This document shows, piece after piece, positions 22,930-36,000 of a stretch of DNA of 64,000 nt. Each line of letters opens with the position of its first letter. Positions within the stretch are counted from its first letter, which is position 1. The DNA comes from Tubulanus polymorphus (taxonomy: Eukaryota; Animalia; Nemertea). Both the position numbers and the translations under genes were made by a program. Below the pieces are notes generated by a model. The model was given only the letters and a program-made list of their open reading frames with translations, was not told the DNA's origin and searched no databases. Location of the stretch: assembly GCF_964204645.1 (NCBI RefSeq), contig NC_134035.1, positions 2,108,001-2,172,000 on the forward strand. Reading direction: 5' to 3'.

Positions 22930-25029
22930 CGCTGCTTGTACCGAATAGTCGCTTGGATTTCTTCAGTTCGAGGAATTAAATAAATATAAAATGACCCAAA
23001 CCCTCACCACTCAACTTAAAATAACAAACTAATATTGTAAAAAAGTCGAAGCCCCTGGTGGAATTACTCCGCTGCCGGGACCGGTATTGTGGGATAAATA
23101 AATAATTCAGCCAGAAACGACTGAATTAAACATAATTTACCCCACACCAGTTATTTTGTAGGACTCACGCATTAGCAACCTCATTCCAGGGAGGACAGTA
23201 CTCTCGACTCGCCCGCTTACCGGAGATCACTTGCCACATCCTGGCCCGCCTCCTCCGAGACTCGAACCTGGGCCACAGCGGTGACACGCTAGTCGCCGAC
23301 CGACTAAGCCATCCGGTCCGCCCGATTGTGACAGGAAAACATTCGAACATATTCCACGGCCATTCACATTCGGAAAAAAGACCATGACGTCACAATGGTC
23401 AACGCCGTGACGATGTCGACTCAGACTGAAATCGCCCGTTTCTGACCAAACTTGCAGCTCCAGAGTCTATATCTTGAATCTCTACAAATATATACTGATC
23501 GTTGCAGCATATTAGTCCTAGATACGACGGGTGGTTTTTGAATTTGAGAGTTCTAAATAGCGTATTTCCGTTTCAAAAATCCAATATCCTAAATCCCCAC
23601 AAAACTCTACGTGCGTCTCGTATGACAGCCGATCTGACTCATGTACAGAATATATATATAGACTAATCACGTCCCGGTCACGGCCATGGTTCCAGTTAAG
23701 TCGTGCGCGACACATTTTGTTCAAATACGTATGCAACTTGCGCCTCTTAACCCTTAAAAAACTTCGATTATAGTTAAGGAATGATTATTTTACTTTTAAT
23801 ATCACTATCATCAACGGCCAAAACCATTCCTTGGCCATTCATTGTCGAACGAAAGTTGGGCTCGGCTGATAATGGTTTTCGCCCCACATACCCAAACTAA
23901 CTTTTGAAATAATCAAACCTTTAGAAAGAGGGTCATCCCGGTACAGGTATGCCAGTACATCCGAGCCGAATATAGAAGGAAATCCCCCACCAGTTTGGTA
24001 CTCTTTCTCCAGGCGAAAAAGTCCAGAAAATCCCTTGTTTTATCATCAATCTGTCTCTCAGGCCAATGGATTTGGGGTCCCTCTTCATTACAATTATGGT
24101 CTGATGCCTGACTGGATAAATGGATGACTGGTGACCGAATGACCGAGCGACTGATTGATGAGATATTCTTAACAATACAATCTAGGAAATGCAGAAATCA
24201 CAGAGGACCCTTAAGGCGGGGATCTGAGACATAGACCTCTGGACCCCGTCAATAACTGTGCAAAATGAATGAAGCGTATTCGAAGGAGAAAAGGTGGCAC
24301 CAGACTGAATTATACGTATTACTTATTCAGTAATCCAATACGCACTAAGCCTCAGAAATGGTGATCGATGGTGGTTTTAATTCCGGGAAGCAGTATTTTC
24401 CTATGGGGGCAGGAGAAATTCTCCGCTTCATTCTCCGGAGTAAATGGATAGATGATTGATATCGTAGCCAGGCCTGTAATGTGGCCGATTTTATAGGCAG
24501 TTTGCTTTCCCTATAGATAAAAGTTTCCTTAAAATGTGGACTTTTAAGTGGACCTTTTTGAAAAGGCGCTCGAAGGTAAAAACGGAGCCTAGTGACAACG
24601 GCATTATGTGTTCGCAATGCAAGGCTCCCTACGGAGTCCAACGCTAGTCCTAGGTATCTGTAGCACTATAAGATCGGGTAGGACATACGACAAGCCTAGG
24701 ATTTTATTCATTTCCAGCAAATTCATTTTTCAGAGCGAACCGTTTTGGGATTTCCGGCGGTTTGTCGTAAACCACCTGAACTATACCCCCCCCCCCCACT
24801 CCGCTGCAGGCCCGGTTGTTCGGAAGTTACTACTCCCCAGTCACTACACAGATTATAGGCTAGAGATAAAATGTTAATACCAGTCTATGAGTGTCACTGG
24901 TCAGTATATAGCCGCAGTGTATAGATTTTAAAAAAGAGCAAAAAACAACCCTCTAAATTTGGGAAACTTTTATATTTATTTAATTCCTCGAACTGAAGAA
25001 ATCCGAGCGACTATTCGGTGCAAGCAGCG
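22930..25029. mobile_element. 2.1-kb non-autonomous DNA element with 62-bp terminal inverted repeats
   Basis: 22930-22991 versus the reverse complement of 24968-25029: 60/62 identical. No TSD or transposase ORF seen. Confidence 0.8.
23170..23319 (-). mobile_element. tRNA-derived SINE (tRNA-Asp-like head)
   Basis: The - strand reads GGACCGGA-TGGCTTAGTCGG (A box)..GTGTCAC (GTC loop)..GGTTCGAGTCT (B box), followed by a non-tRNA body. Confidence 0.7.
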
Positions 25030-25054
25030 TCGGATAACCTCATGTCGATCTTAA

Positions 25055-25990
25055 TCAGCATTTCAACAACTGAATGAACTTTTCTCTAAATTGCTTGTTC
25101 ACAATTATATAAAGAATAAGATTTATACAAGAATTGATGATCGATGTAACCAGATAGAATGTTAATACGTTTAAACCGCGCCCGAGGACGTAGCGTCCAC
25201 CGATTTTACCGAGCAAACCTGGAAATTCTAAAATCGTGAAAATGATACTCATTGTAAGCACCATTTTCGTGGCTTTTGCCATGCCCTTTTGCGGTTTCGG
25301 ATCGCTAGTTGTGGCGGTCAGATCTTGCCTACGCGTCGTTTTAACGTGTAATACAATTAGAAGAGCTATATTCGCTACGAAAACTAATAGATTCGGTATG
25401 AAAATACGGAAGATCGGGTCGATGTATCGGTTCATTAGTAGAAAGACACTGTCACGCGCAAATGATGCTTTGTAATGAGGACCGAGCTTCGATGTGGGCT
25501 GATAGATTACACGCATCGTGATCGGGTAATACGAACACATAGCCACAGAAAAGACACACGCGAATAAGATAAGAAAATTTATCTTATATCGTACCTTCAG
25601 TAGAAAAATGATAGTCACTAATCGTTCGCATTGAATAATTACAGTTAAATAGTTACGAAACATTTGAAATCCGTTATTCAACATTGTCAGCCATATGTTA
25701 ATGTACGGGGAAATTCGCGGCGCTACGAAATAAATGATCATATCACCGTACGTGGCATAGTGAATATAAAACCGCACCGGGTCCTGAATGAGTTTCGTCA
25801 CCAGAAATATGATATCGACAACAGCGAGACATTTCAGTAAATAGATGCAGCGATTTTTAGTTTTCAGTTTGACAAATACGACAATGATCATCGCGTTTAA
25901 ACCAACACCGACCGGGATTAGAGGCGGCAATACATATGCGGCCAAAATCCATTTATCGACGTACGATCTCTTGAAAATCGTTGCGTTCAT
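25055..25990 (-). CDS. Intronless rhodopsin-like (class A) 7TM GPCR, FMRFamide/peptide-receptor-like, possible chemoreceptor
   Basis: 311 aa with seven hydrophobic segments: TM1 GLN, TM2 LAVVD, TM3 CERL (DRY position), TM5 IPNLL, TM6 FTILEFP, TM7 NSCINLILY, helix 8 NKQFREKF, N-terminal sequon NAT. Confidence 0.9.
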   Translation of the reverse strand: MNATIFKRSYVDKWILAAYVLPPLIPVGVGLNAMIIVVFVKLKTKNRCIYLLKCLAVVDIIFLVTKLIQDPVRFYIHYATYGDMIIYFVAPRISPYINIWLTMLNNGFQMFRNYLTVIIQCERLVTIIFLLKVRYKINFLILFACVFSVAMCSYYPITMRVIYQPTSKLGPHYKASFARDSVFLLMNRYIDPIFRIFIPNLLVFVANIALLIVLHVKTTRRQDLTATTSDPKPQKGMAKATKMVLTMSIIFTILEFPGLLGKIGGRYVLGRGLNVLTFYLVTSIINSCINLILYIIVNKQFREKFIQLLKC

Positions 25991-26720
25991 CCTCGTTCTC
26001 TATGATAGAACTGAATTAAACTAAACATTTCATCAATAGATAAATGCAGCAGTTTCTTGTATTCAGTTTTACAAATACAATTACGACCATAACGTTTAAA
26101 CTGACACAGGTGCTGACTGATTGAATTAGTCGTTCCTATGGTTTGACGACAACACGCGAAATCAATCGTCCTGAATAAGTTCTAAATTAAACTACGATAA
26201 GATGAATATTATACTAAATCATGACGACCAATGAACAGGTACCATTTCCATTTTTAGAGTATGTATCTAAAATTTTGAGTATTGACGGAATAAATAATAT
26301 AATAAACGTAAAGTTAATGTGTGTTTCTATTTTTGTACGCTACAGGAATTTAAAATCAATGTAAAGCTATGAGACAGCAAACAAAAGAAAAATGAAATTC
26401 AGGTGCTTGTTCTAAACAACAATCGCATATCGAAACCTACGCCATCAATTCATATTGTAAAGGACATCTATCGCTGAAGAACGTATTCTGCCAAAGTGTC
26501 ATCGGGGAAGGCCTATCTTAGTGTTTGATATCATGATGTTTTTGTGAGTTGTAATTATTTGTAATTATTCTGGCGTGAGTGAGGACGTTTTGACCGACGA
26601 AAGCGAGGACGTTTTGACATGAGGGCGTGTTGACCCGACACCACTTATAACATCTATAACCCCTAACGTAACCATAAGTATAAGCCCATCCGATTGTAAA
26701 AGCTTACCACCAACGATTAG

Positions 26721-26743
26721 GATAGATAGATAGACAGATAGAC

Positions 26744-26823
<80 letters not shown>
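26721..26823. repeat. (GATA)n/(GACA) microsatellite
   Basis: Direct reading. Confidence 0.97.
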
Positions 26824-26849
26824 TTATTGTTCACAAATTTGCGAAGAGC

Positions 26850-27850
26850 AACTAACTACTACTAGATAACTAACTACTATGACCCCTAACTAAAACTTAA
26901 AGTACTCAGAGGTCGTGGCTACAAAGACCGCGAACTGCGACACATCAAAAGCCAAGCTCTACGGCACCACGCCGAACGAGATCTACGAGAACAACAACGG
27001 GCCAACGAACCGCCGAAAAAGCGTTTACCACTTATCTTACCTCACTCCGAAGCCAACCGAACCCTACTAGCCCGTAACATCCGAACCAGATTTACGGAAC
27101 TGGCTACGGCCACCGGCCGGTCGGACGAGGTAACCACGGTCACCGCCTACACCAAGCACAAGAGTCTCAAAGATCTCCTAACTTCGTCGCAGCTCAAACC
27201 CACGGAGCCACCCCCTCCTCGAGTCCCCTCTTCACCGCATCGTAACAGAAATACTTCCGTTGTTTCCAATTCTTCTATTTCCAGGTCTACTCAAAGAACT
27301 CCGTCAACCCGACGTCGAGGCACCAAGAAATGCAGAACACCGAGATGTCGTACGTGTCCACTCGTCCGAGAATCAACCGTTTGCCGCAGCCACAACAAAA
27401 TGCACGCGATCCGCATGAGCACAATTAATTGCGCGACCCGTGAAATTGTATACTGCGAATGCACCTAGTGCAACATGCTGTACGTCGGCCAAACCGGAAT
27501 GTCTCTACGAGAACGCGTCACGCATCACGTCTCACGCATCAGAACGAAGAATTCGACTCCAGTCTCGGACCACTTCAACCAAGTCGACCACACCCGCGAA
27601 CACTTTCGGGTGTACGGTCCCCAACACCTACCAGGCTCCACGAGACCGATCCGCGAAGCAGCCGAACAAGACTGGATACGACGACTCGACACGAACACGC
27701 CCCGAGGCATGAACGTCCCGTAGACCGCCTCACTACAACAATTAACTCTTACTACTTTTTTACAGGGATAACCCGCTGCCCGTGCACTAGTGGGGTCTCC
27801 AAACCTTCGGTTTGGTCCCCTAACCTCTATCTCTAAACCTAACCCCGCCC
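26850..27850 (+). mobile_element. 5'-truncated Penelope-like retroelement (RT thumb end, Cys linker, GIY-YIG endonuclease), pseudogenised
   Basis: One frame from 26890 to 27723 reads LKVLRGRGY..LPLIL..AYTKHKSLKDLL..KCRTPRCRTC..IVYCECT*CNMLYVGQTG..LRERVTHH..VSDHF..REAAEQDWIRRLDTNTPRGMN. In-frame TAG at 27466-27468. Confidence 0.9.
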
Positions 27851-29696
27851 CGATTCCCGGCCATTATGAGTTTTCCGGGGTAGTCTAGAGAGGCCAATGA
27901 AAACTCCGGTTTGCTGAACTACCCCTCTTTGCGGGGATGCGGTATGATGTTTGATCTGACAGTTTCAAGTGGTTAATGGCTGTTTCAAGTGCTTAAACGA
28001 TGCTTATTACTTCGTGGTACCGTGGTTTAAAAAAAAAAGATTTCATAATAATACGCTCACCGCGTGGGCTTCGTAGAAAGACCACTACCTGTTACCGCAT
28101 TACGGTGTCAAACTAGAAAGGATTCGCCATTGAAAATTCATAAATTGACCACCACTGCCCTAGTGAAACTTCTCGAATATCGTGGTCGGATTCGAAAGTG
28201 CTTGTCGTCGTATTGTTATTTCTAGAGAGATATAACGGATTTGCATACATGTAAAATTATTATTTTCAAAATACTCAATTTTCTCCGCCGATTTTGAAGA
28301 AATTCTGTCATCTCCACTCGACACATGATTTCACTTCGGTGCCTTTTAAGGGAGTGCCCCTTAAAGTTGAGTTCATACTTAGTCAAACAAGGAGATATGC
28401 CTGATTCCTTTTTAAAATTTAAATTCATAAGCCTCATATCAAATGACAGAGCCTATATATTCATTCTCTTACGAGGATAGGTTTTCACATTCATAGGATA
28501 AGGAGAATTGTGGGTTCGAATGATGAATACAACTTATAAAGCCCCAATTTCAATGGTTCTTGCATGTTCAAAGGCGCTTTACAGTAATCGAATTAACAGG
28601 TGTGTTCATTTCGACTATAATTGAGCATTCTAGGGCTGGGGCAAGAAACGTGTGAGATCGTTCGCCAAGGTATCGCTAAGGAGATAATAAGGAGCCAGTC
28701 CGTGGTGGCTATTGAAAGCGACGACCGCATATGAATGCATTGATTGAATGACATCTCAAAAGTCAGATTATATAAAATCAAAAATGATATATGGATAAGT
28801 TATTCCATATATACTGGTAAAAATGATGCCCAATATGTGATATAAATGTTCAATCAAAAAGTAGAAACTGAAACCATAATTCAGTATGGTATTGTAACAA
28901 CATAAAACACACAAATTCAATCCTTTGTTAAATTGGTAACCAGTGTAGATGAGCAAGTATCGTGGTCCCTAATTTTAGCTATCGCAATAATTCAAGCCAC
29001 GCGATTTTGAACGGTTCAACAAGTTGGAGTTTGTGTAAAGATGAATGAGTTTGAAATGGAGTGGAATTCAGATATTACTGTTTGCATGTTTATGTCTATT
29101 ACCGGTACTCAATCTTTTTACTAATCATAGAAAATTGTGGCATTATGAGTTTTCCGGTTTGCTCGGCTACCCGTACTGGCGGGGTAGTCTAGATAGGCAA
29201 ATGAAAGCTCCGGTTTGCTGAACTACCCCTCTTTGCGGGGATGCGGTATGATGTTTGATCTGACAGTTTCAAGTGGTTAATGGGTGTTTCAAGTGCTTAC
29301 AACGATGCTTATTACTTAATGTGGTACATGGTGGTTTAAAAAAAGATTTCATAATGATACGCTCAAAGTATAGGCCTACCGCGTGGGCTTCGTAGAAAGA
29401 CCACTGCCTGTGGCCTTCCCAAATTTTAATTGTTCTGTCCGATTTGGTTTCGTCCAATTGAAAGACTGCCTTTTCCAGTTAGGGCATTTTTGGATCACAT
29501 CACTCAGGAAATGACTTACGCTTTTGGGCCCTTTCGTCGGTCCCACGTGTTTCATTTGAGCTATAGACCACATGGTGTCACCATGATGGTCAGAAACTGA
29601 CCAATTGAGATATTCCCGAGTCTGAACACCTGACTGCGAATTTCGGAAATTTATCAAGTCATGTTTGTTTTCAAACTACCGAGGTATCATCATTGC

Positions 29697-30320
29697 AAAT
29701 TCATAAATTGACCATCACTGACCACCACTGACCAATTCAAACTTCTCGAATATGAGTTCGATATACCGCGTTATGGTGTCAAACTAGAAAGGATTCGCCA
29801 TAGATATTGAGAATTCATAAATTGACCATCACTGACCACCACTGGCCAATTCAAACTTCTCGAATATGAGAACGATATACCGCGTTATGGTGTCAAACTA
29901 GAAAGGATTCGCCATAAATATTGAGAATTCATAAATTGACCATCACTGACCACCACTGACCAATTCAAACTTCTCGAATATGAGTTCGATATACCGCGTT
30001 ATGGTGTCAAACTAGAAAGGATTCGCCATAGATATTGAAAATTCATAAATTGACCATCACTGACCACCACTGACCAATTCAAACTTCTCGAATATGAGAA
30101 CGACGATATACCGCGTTATGGTGTCAAACTAGAAAGGATTCGCCATTGAAAATTCATGAATTGACCATCACTGACCACCACTGACCAATTGAAACTTCTC
30201 GAATGTAAGAAAGATATACCGGTACCGCATTTGGTGTGAAACTAGAAAGCATTCCCCATTAGAATTCATAAATTGACCATCACTGACCACCACTGCCCAA
30301 GTGAAACTTCTCGAATATCG
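29697..30320. repeat. 114-bp tandem repeat, ~5.5 copies
   Basis: TCAT(A/G)AATTGACCATCACTGACC at 29701, 29815, 29929, 30043, 30154 and 30266. Confidence 0.95.
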
Positions 30321-32084
30321 TCGAATTCGAAAGTGGTTGTCGTCGTATTGTTATTTCTAGAGACCAGCAGTATGTTTTGCTACTGTTTCTGAATGGCGTT
30401 GACATGATGGAAATATATTACTCCTAAATAGGTTACACATCTGGATCACAGCACCTCACTTGCCGCAGTGCGTAATTTTGACTGCATAGTAATGCTAATA
30501 CATAAACTTTTTTACTACTTGACTCAAAGCTTGACGCGAATCATCTGAACAGTACTGCGTTTGAAAACGAATAGAAAATGTTTGCGAGAAGCACCTGCAA
30601 ATAAGTTATGATAAGATTTAATCTATGGTTAATCGATGCTTAAAAAAACAATTAAATCACAGGCAAGATGACTAACAACCGTCTTTCAACCAATCAGCGC
30701 GATGCCAATTAATTAAATCATTAAACGCATTAGGCTCCTAATATTTGTAATCATTTGTCGTTCTTTAAACTTGGCCACTTTTGTTTCAGAAAACCGCGTA
30801 CTAGACCAGTGGTCACCAAGGCATTAAAAAAGTTTTGAAAATTCGATGGTAACGATTTGTCCGTCAAAAAACTGTTTCGTTAATATTTTAAGTTTTTTTT
30901 AACCCTTGTACAGAATTCACTATATGAAAAGTGTTCATAGGAATTGAAATTCGGTGTGATATCAGTCACCTGTTACCCCTTTTTCATTGTCAGTTCTTTA
31001 TTGCACTATCATGCGCTCTTCTAAAATAGAAAAGAACATGTGTGTTTCGTTATAAACAAGGTTAAATTCCAAACGCACATGAAATATCACACAATATACA
31101 CATCTAGCATTTTCTCTAACTAGGCCCTTTCCAAATGGCAATTGTTTAGTTTTTTAAGCCGACATTCAGAAGCACCTAAAAACCAGTGGTAGCGCTTGAG
31201 ATTTTCAGTGTAGGTCACATCTCAAATCGACTCGGCTCGCAGTCGGTTCGTTTAATGGGAACACATCTGGTTGACACTAGTTTCACAGTTGACGAAATCA
31301 GAAAACTTTTTTCAAATGCCTTTGATAACAACTTAAACATAGTATTCTTCTTAATTACATTTCGTTGATTCCATAGATATGTTTTTATGAAAATTGCTCC
31401 AGTTATAACGGATTCAAACATACATGTGAAATCATTATTTTCAAAATATTCAATTTTCTCCGCTTTTGAAGAAATTCTGACACAATATCATCTCCACTCG
31501 ACACATGATTTTACTTCGGCGCCTTTAAGGGAGTGTCCTTTGTTGAGTTCTAAGTTGAGTCCTTACTTAGTCAAACAAGGAGATATGCCTGATTCCTTTT
31601 TAAAATTTAGATTTCGACAGATATCATCAAATTACTAGAAAGGGACAGCAGCGTTCGGTCATCCACGAAAAATACCTAAAATGCAGTCCTAGGGTTATGG
31701 AAAAACAGGACACGAAACATACAGAAAAACCCTTTGTTTGGTAGACTGAAATTATTATTGAACTCTTAAATAGCGACATTCACAGAAACAAAAACATAAG
31801 AATATAATCTCGCCCACCCGTTAAAAAACATAACGTAATGATATGAAGCCATGTGTCATCTTTAATTGAAATCACATTATATTCATTCTCATGCGAGGAT
31901 GGGTCTCCAAATTCATAGGATAAGGAGAATAATGGTTTGAATGATGAATACAACTAAATAAAGCGCCAATTTCACTGATTCTTGCATATAAATGCTCAAA
32001 GGCGCTTTACAGTAATCGAGTAAACAGGTGCGTTTTGAAGAGTCTTTTGAATTTGAATTCAAATCGGGTGTTCATGACGACGAT

Positions 32085-32488
32085 AGGCGCTTTTACGAAA
32101 CTGAATCTTTGTAAATCGATTTAAGTTTCACGTTTACGGCACGCGGTTTAGTGAATCCGATTTGGTAAATCAACTCGTTTATGGACGCGGTTTAGTAAAT
32201 TGATTTATTAAATCGACTAACTTGCTCGGCGAGCAAGTTAGTGGCGATTTAGTCAGTGAAATCCAACATGGCGTCCTCTTCGACCGCGGGCTAAAGACAT
32301 CTATTGCAGACCATCATCTATCAATTCGGTCACCATTGACGCCCATTTTCTTTCGAATCGCGACCTTTAGATTGATAAATTGATTCGACTCATTTACGAA
32401 AAACGATTCGATTTACTAATCCTTACGTTTTCCAACATCGAATCGGATTTAGCTAAACCGAATCAGATTCAATTTCGTAAAAGCGCCT
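32085..32488. mobile_element. MITE with 24-bp TIRs, PIF/Harbinger-like
   Basis: AGGCGCTTTTACGAAACTGAATCT / AGATTCAATTTCGTAAAAGCGCCT. Absent from the paralogous site at ~28615, where GAC-TAT-AATTG implies a 3-bp duplication (GAT/CAT). Internal 12-bp hairpin at 32216-32242. Confidence 0.85.
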
Positions 32489-33012
32489 CATAATTGAGCA
32501 TTCTAGGGCTGGAGCAAGAAACGTGTGGGATCGTCCGCCAAGGTATCGCTAAGGAGTCAGTCCGTGGTGGCTTTTGAAAGCGACGACCGCATATGAATGC
32601 ATTGATTGAATGACATCTCAAAAGTCAGATTATATAAAATTAAACATGATATACGGATAGGTTCTTCCAATTAGGCCTATACTGGTAAAAATGAAATGAC
32701 CCAATATGTGATATAAATGTTCAATCAAAAAGTAGAAAGTGAATCCGTAATTCAGTATGGTAGGCCTATTGTTACAACATCAAACACTCAAATTCAATCC
32801 TTTGTTAAATTGGAAGCCAGTGTAGATGAGCAAGTATCGTGGTCCCTGATTTTAGTTATCGTAATAATTCAAGCCATGCGATTTTGAACTGTTCAACAAG
32901 TTGGAGTTTGTGTAAAGATGAATGAGTTTGAAATGGAGTGGACTTCAGATATTACTGTTTGCATGCCTATGTCTATTACTTAATCTTTTTACTTATCATA
33001 GAAAATTGTGGT

Positions 33013-36000
33013 AAAATATTTGACTCGACGGTTGGTTTTAGATTGTATCTCTCCAAGCCAGAGGTAATCACGGATATCGGACTACAAAAAAATTCCTTGT
33101 GTAAAGCTCAACTTTGTAATTCCTGGAAAAGCTCGCCTCGGATATTTCAATAATGATTAAACATTAATTTTCCCAACGAAAAACCTAAACAACCAATGTA
33201 CGCTTGCTTTAAGTTTACCAATGCACTATCGTTGTTTTTTCTAGCTATTTGTTCTGTTTGCCGCAAAAAGATTGCATCCTCTATTACAGGAATTAAGGAT
33301 ACAACTCTAAAACCAGTTAGTTTAAATTAACCATTATACAATATGATACATGGCCAAATACACTGTTAATATGTAAAAGATCCACTATGTACACATTTCA
33401 AATCTCAAACCAAGTTTCATCATTAGAAAATAACGACACAACGTTCGATCGTTCACTAGAGATCATCTTTTTGAATTTGTACACAGTGAATTTTCGTATC
33501 GTATTATCGTATTATCGATTCTCCGCATTTGAGTGTGACTATTCTACGAATACAAAGTTATTTTTAGCAATGAAGTTTTAATTGTCATTTTAAATGTTAA
33601 CTATCCACTGGTATTTTAACTTACTAACTTTTGGCAACTGACCTCAAATCGTGGAATGGGCTCAGGTGGCCTGCTGATCCACTCTTTATTAATACTACTA
33701 AAGAAATATTCAGTATAAGAAGTAAAAAGTATATTAAAGTACTATTTATCTTTATATCGCAATAATTTGTGTACGTATGATTGAAAAACGATATTCTATC
33801 GAATCTCATGGTACTTATGATTATTGTGTATAAGATCAATGATTAGCAACCTTCCACGGATACGAAGCGGCCTAAGTTTACATCCTACCATAATTTTCTC
33901 TAAACTCTCAGCATTATATCAAGATCGGTCTTAGAAAATATATGAAGGACGTGTTCACAGGTTAACGAGGCCAAAAATCTTCCTCAAAATTTCAAATTTT
34001 TACGAGCAAAGATAATATACTTCATGCTTTTGGTGCAGAAATAATGGATGTCCACAAATTGCAAATTGTGTTTTCAAAGTAAACGATCCGAGTGTGGAAT
34101 TGTTTCGAATTCAGGGTTCTCCCATTTACTCTCCGGTATTTTACAATGTTTCAATAAGATACGTAAGTGGCACTTTTGTTGTGATACAGCTTTCTCTATT
34201 GGTAAGCGTTGTGATCACTTAAAATTACCCATTAGTTTGAATTCTCACTGAACTACTACATCCCTTATGATACAGAGGATAATATTTATTTAATATCTAA
34301 GTCATTATTCAGTTTTCATTACAAACATATTATACTATATTTCCGTATGTTAATTATATCAAAAGCAATATTGTCTTTATCTCTTTAATCCTAACCGTCC
34401 ACTTCACTCGGCACTGGTCATTCGGACTTTGTCCTACTGACGTCTGGCCATTGTCTAGTGGAGCAATATAAATTCATGTCTCTCTCTGAGCTCTTTTCTC
34501 TTTGACTCGTTTCAACAATAAATCAAGCTTTAAATTATTTCAATATCGTTTGTGTTTGGTGACTATTCTGAGCTAGTTCCAGGTATCACTTATGACGAAT
34601 ATATATTTCATATGAGGCGATTAACTTTGATGATCTGCGGTCAGTGGACAGCAGTTACGAAACATTCAAAACTACTACATTATCTTCCATCTATTCATTA
34701 TTCATATATATGATATGATATGATATGATATGATATCTCCTTTAGTGTTCAGTTTAAACGTCTTGAACGCAAAAGTTTGACAAGTTTCGCATAATGGTAC
34801 CGATACGCACGTTCACACTAGTGAAATGTGCACGTTACAGGCTCAAATGCACACGTTACAATTACAAATCGAAACGTTGTTCGTTCAAAACCCGATGTGA
34901 AAATCTTTTGCATTTAGTGGGAAATTTCAAAGTTAGCTCGCTTCCTACTATAAAAATCTGACAAGACTTTCAAGCGACAAATTTAAATATAAGAGCTAGT
35001 AGTTCTAACGAAGGGTTCAGGCAAAACCCCGTGTCATTTCTAAAAACATTTACCGGTAACCAGTTATTAGAGAGTACTTGTGTAGCTTATACATGTAAAA
35101 GAGATGTTATATTTACGTTCAGGCCAAATGAAATCATTTGATACCAGACACGACTAAGTTGTTTCTGAAACAGATAAATATAGCTATGTGGTCAGTATTG
35201 GTCAAGATTTGGTCAGTTGGAATAGTGTTGTTAGATGAAAGCCCACACAATATCTAATTATTAGACACCAAACACGACTGTGTTGCTTCTAAAATAGACA
35301 AATTACTTAAAGTATTAGTCAGTATTGGTAAAAAAATTGGTCAGTTAAATAGTTGTTAGATCATAGCCCGCGCCATATTTAGTCGCTCGACGCCCAAACA
35401 CGATTTTATGGCTTTACTAAACATATAAATTACTTATGGGGGGTTATGGTTTGCACTGATAACTGGTCAGTACTGGTCAAGTATTGGTCAGTTAAACAAT
35501 TTTTAGATTAATGCCCACATCATTTCTAGTTATTTGACACCAAACAACTTAATTGTTTGCTAAACAAATAATTTACTATATATGGTACTGGTCATGCAGT
35601 GGTCAGTTAATAGACCATGGTCCGAGCCACGAGTTATTTCATACCAAACATGATTGGATTGTGTCGTTTTGAAAATTTATCTGGTGGGCAATTTGTGGTC
35701 AGCCCTGGTTCGTTAGGTTCTTATTTTGCGGGAATTTTATCTCGAACCACCGAAAGACTGAATTACTAATTAATTCAACAGATCATTAATTGCTGAAAAT
35801 GTCATGAAGATTATGTTTAACTAATAGTCCTTGTCTGAATAAAATGTCTCTAGTATGGGTGCTATGGAATCATGTCCTTAACTGTACACCGTACTGTATC
35901 TTTGTACTGTATCTTTTTATTTTCACTACTACCGTAATTGACTATGATGTTTTCAAGTGGTCTTAAGTACCGCTAATAGCCGAAAGTCGTTGATTTATGT

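Larger units (their letters stand above)
28231..33010 (+). repeat. Duplicated block B: 28231-29140 and 31403-33010 (second copy has insertions)
   Basis: Collinear shared text, e.g. GTCAAACAAGGAGATATGCCTGATTCC and GATGAGCAAGTATCGTGGTCCCT. Confidence 0.9.

Noticed and set aside
27466-27468. In-frame stop in the PLE as a selenocysteine codon (as in some Naiad elements)
   Set aside because: The codon is TAG, not TGA; it sits at a non-Cys position of CxxC; and the endonuclease is C-terminal.
27862-27950. Hammerhead ribozyme in ATGAGTTTTC...GAAAACTC
   Set aside because: No CUGANGA core; better explained as the terminus of the foldback-like element.
34380-34560. Solo-LTR-like stretch with TATAAA and AATAAA
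   Set aside because: No TG...CA boundaries or TSD could be placed.
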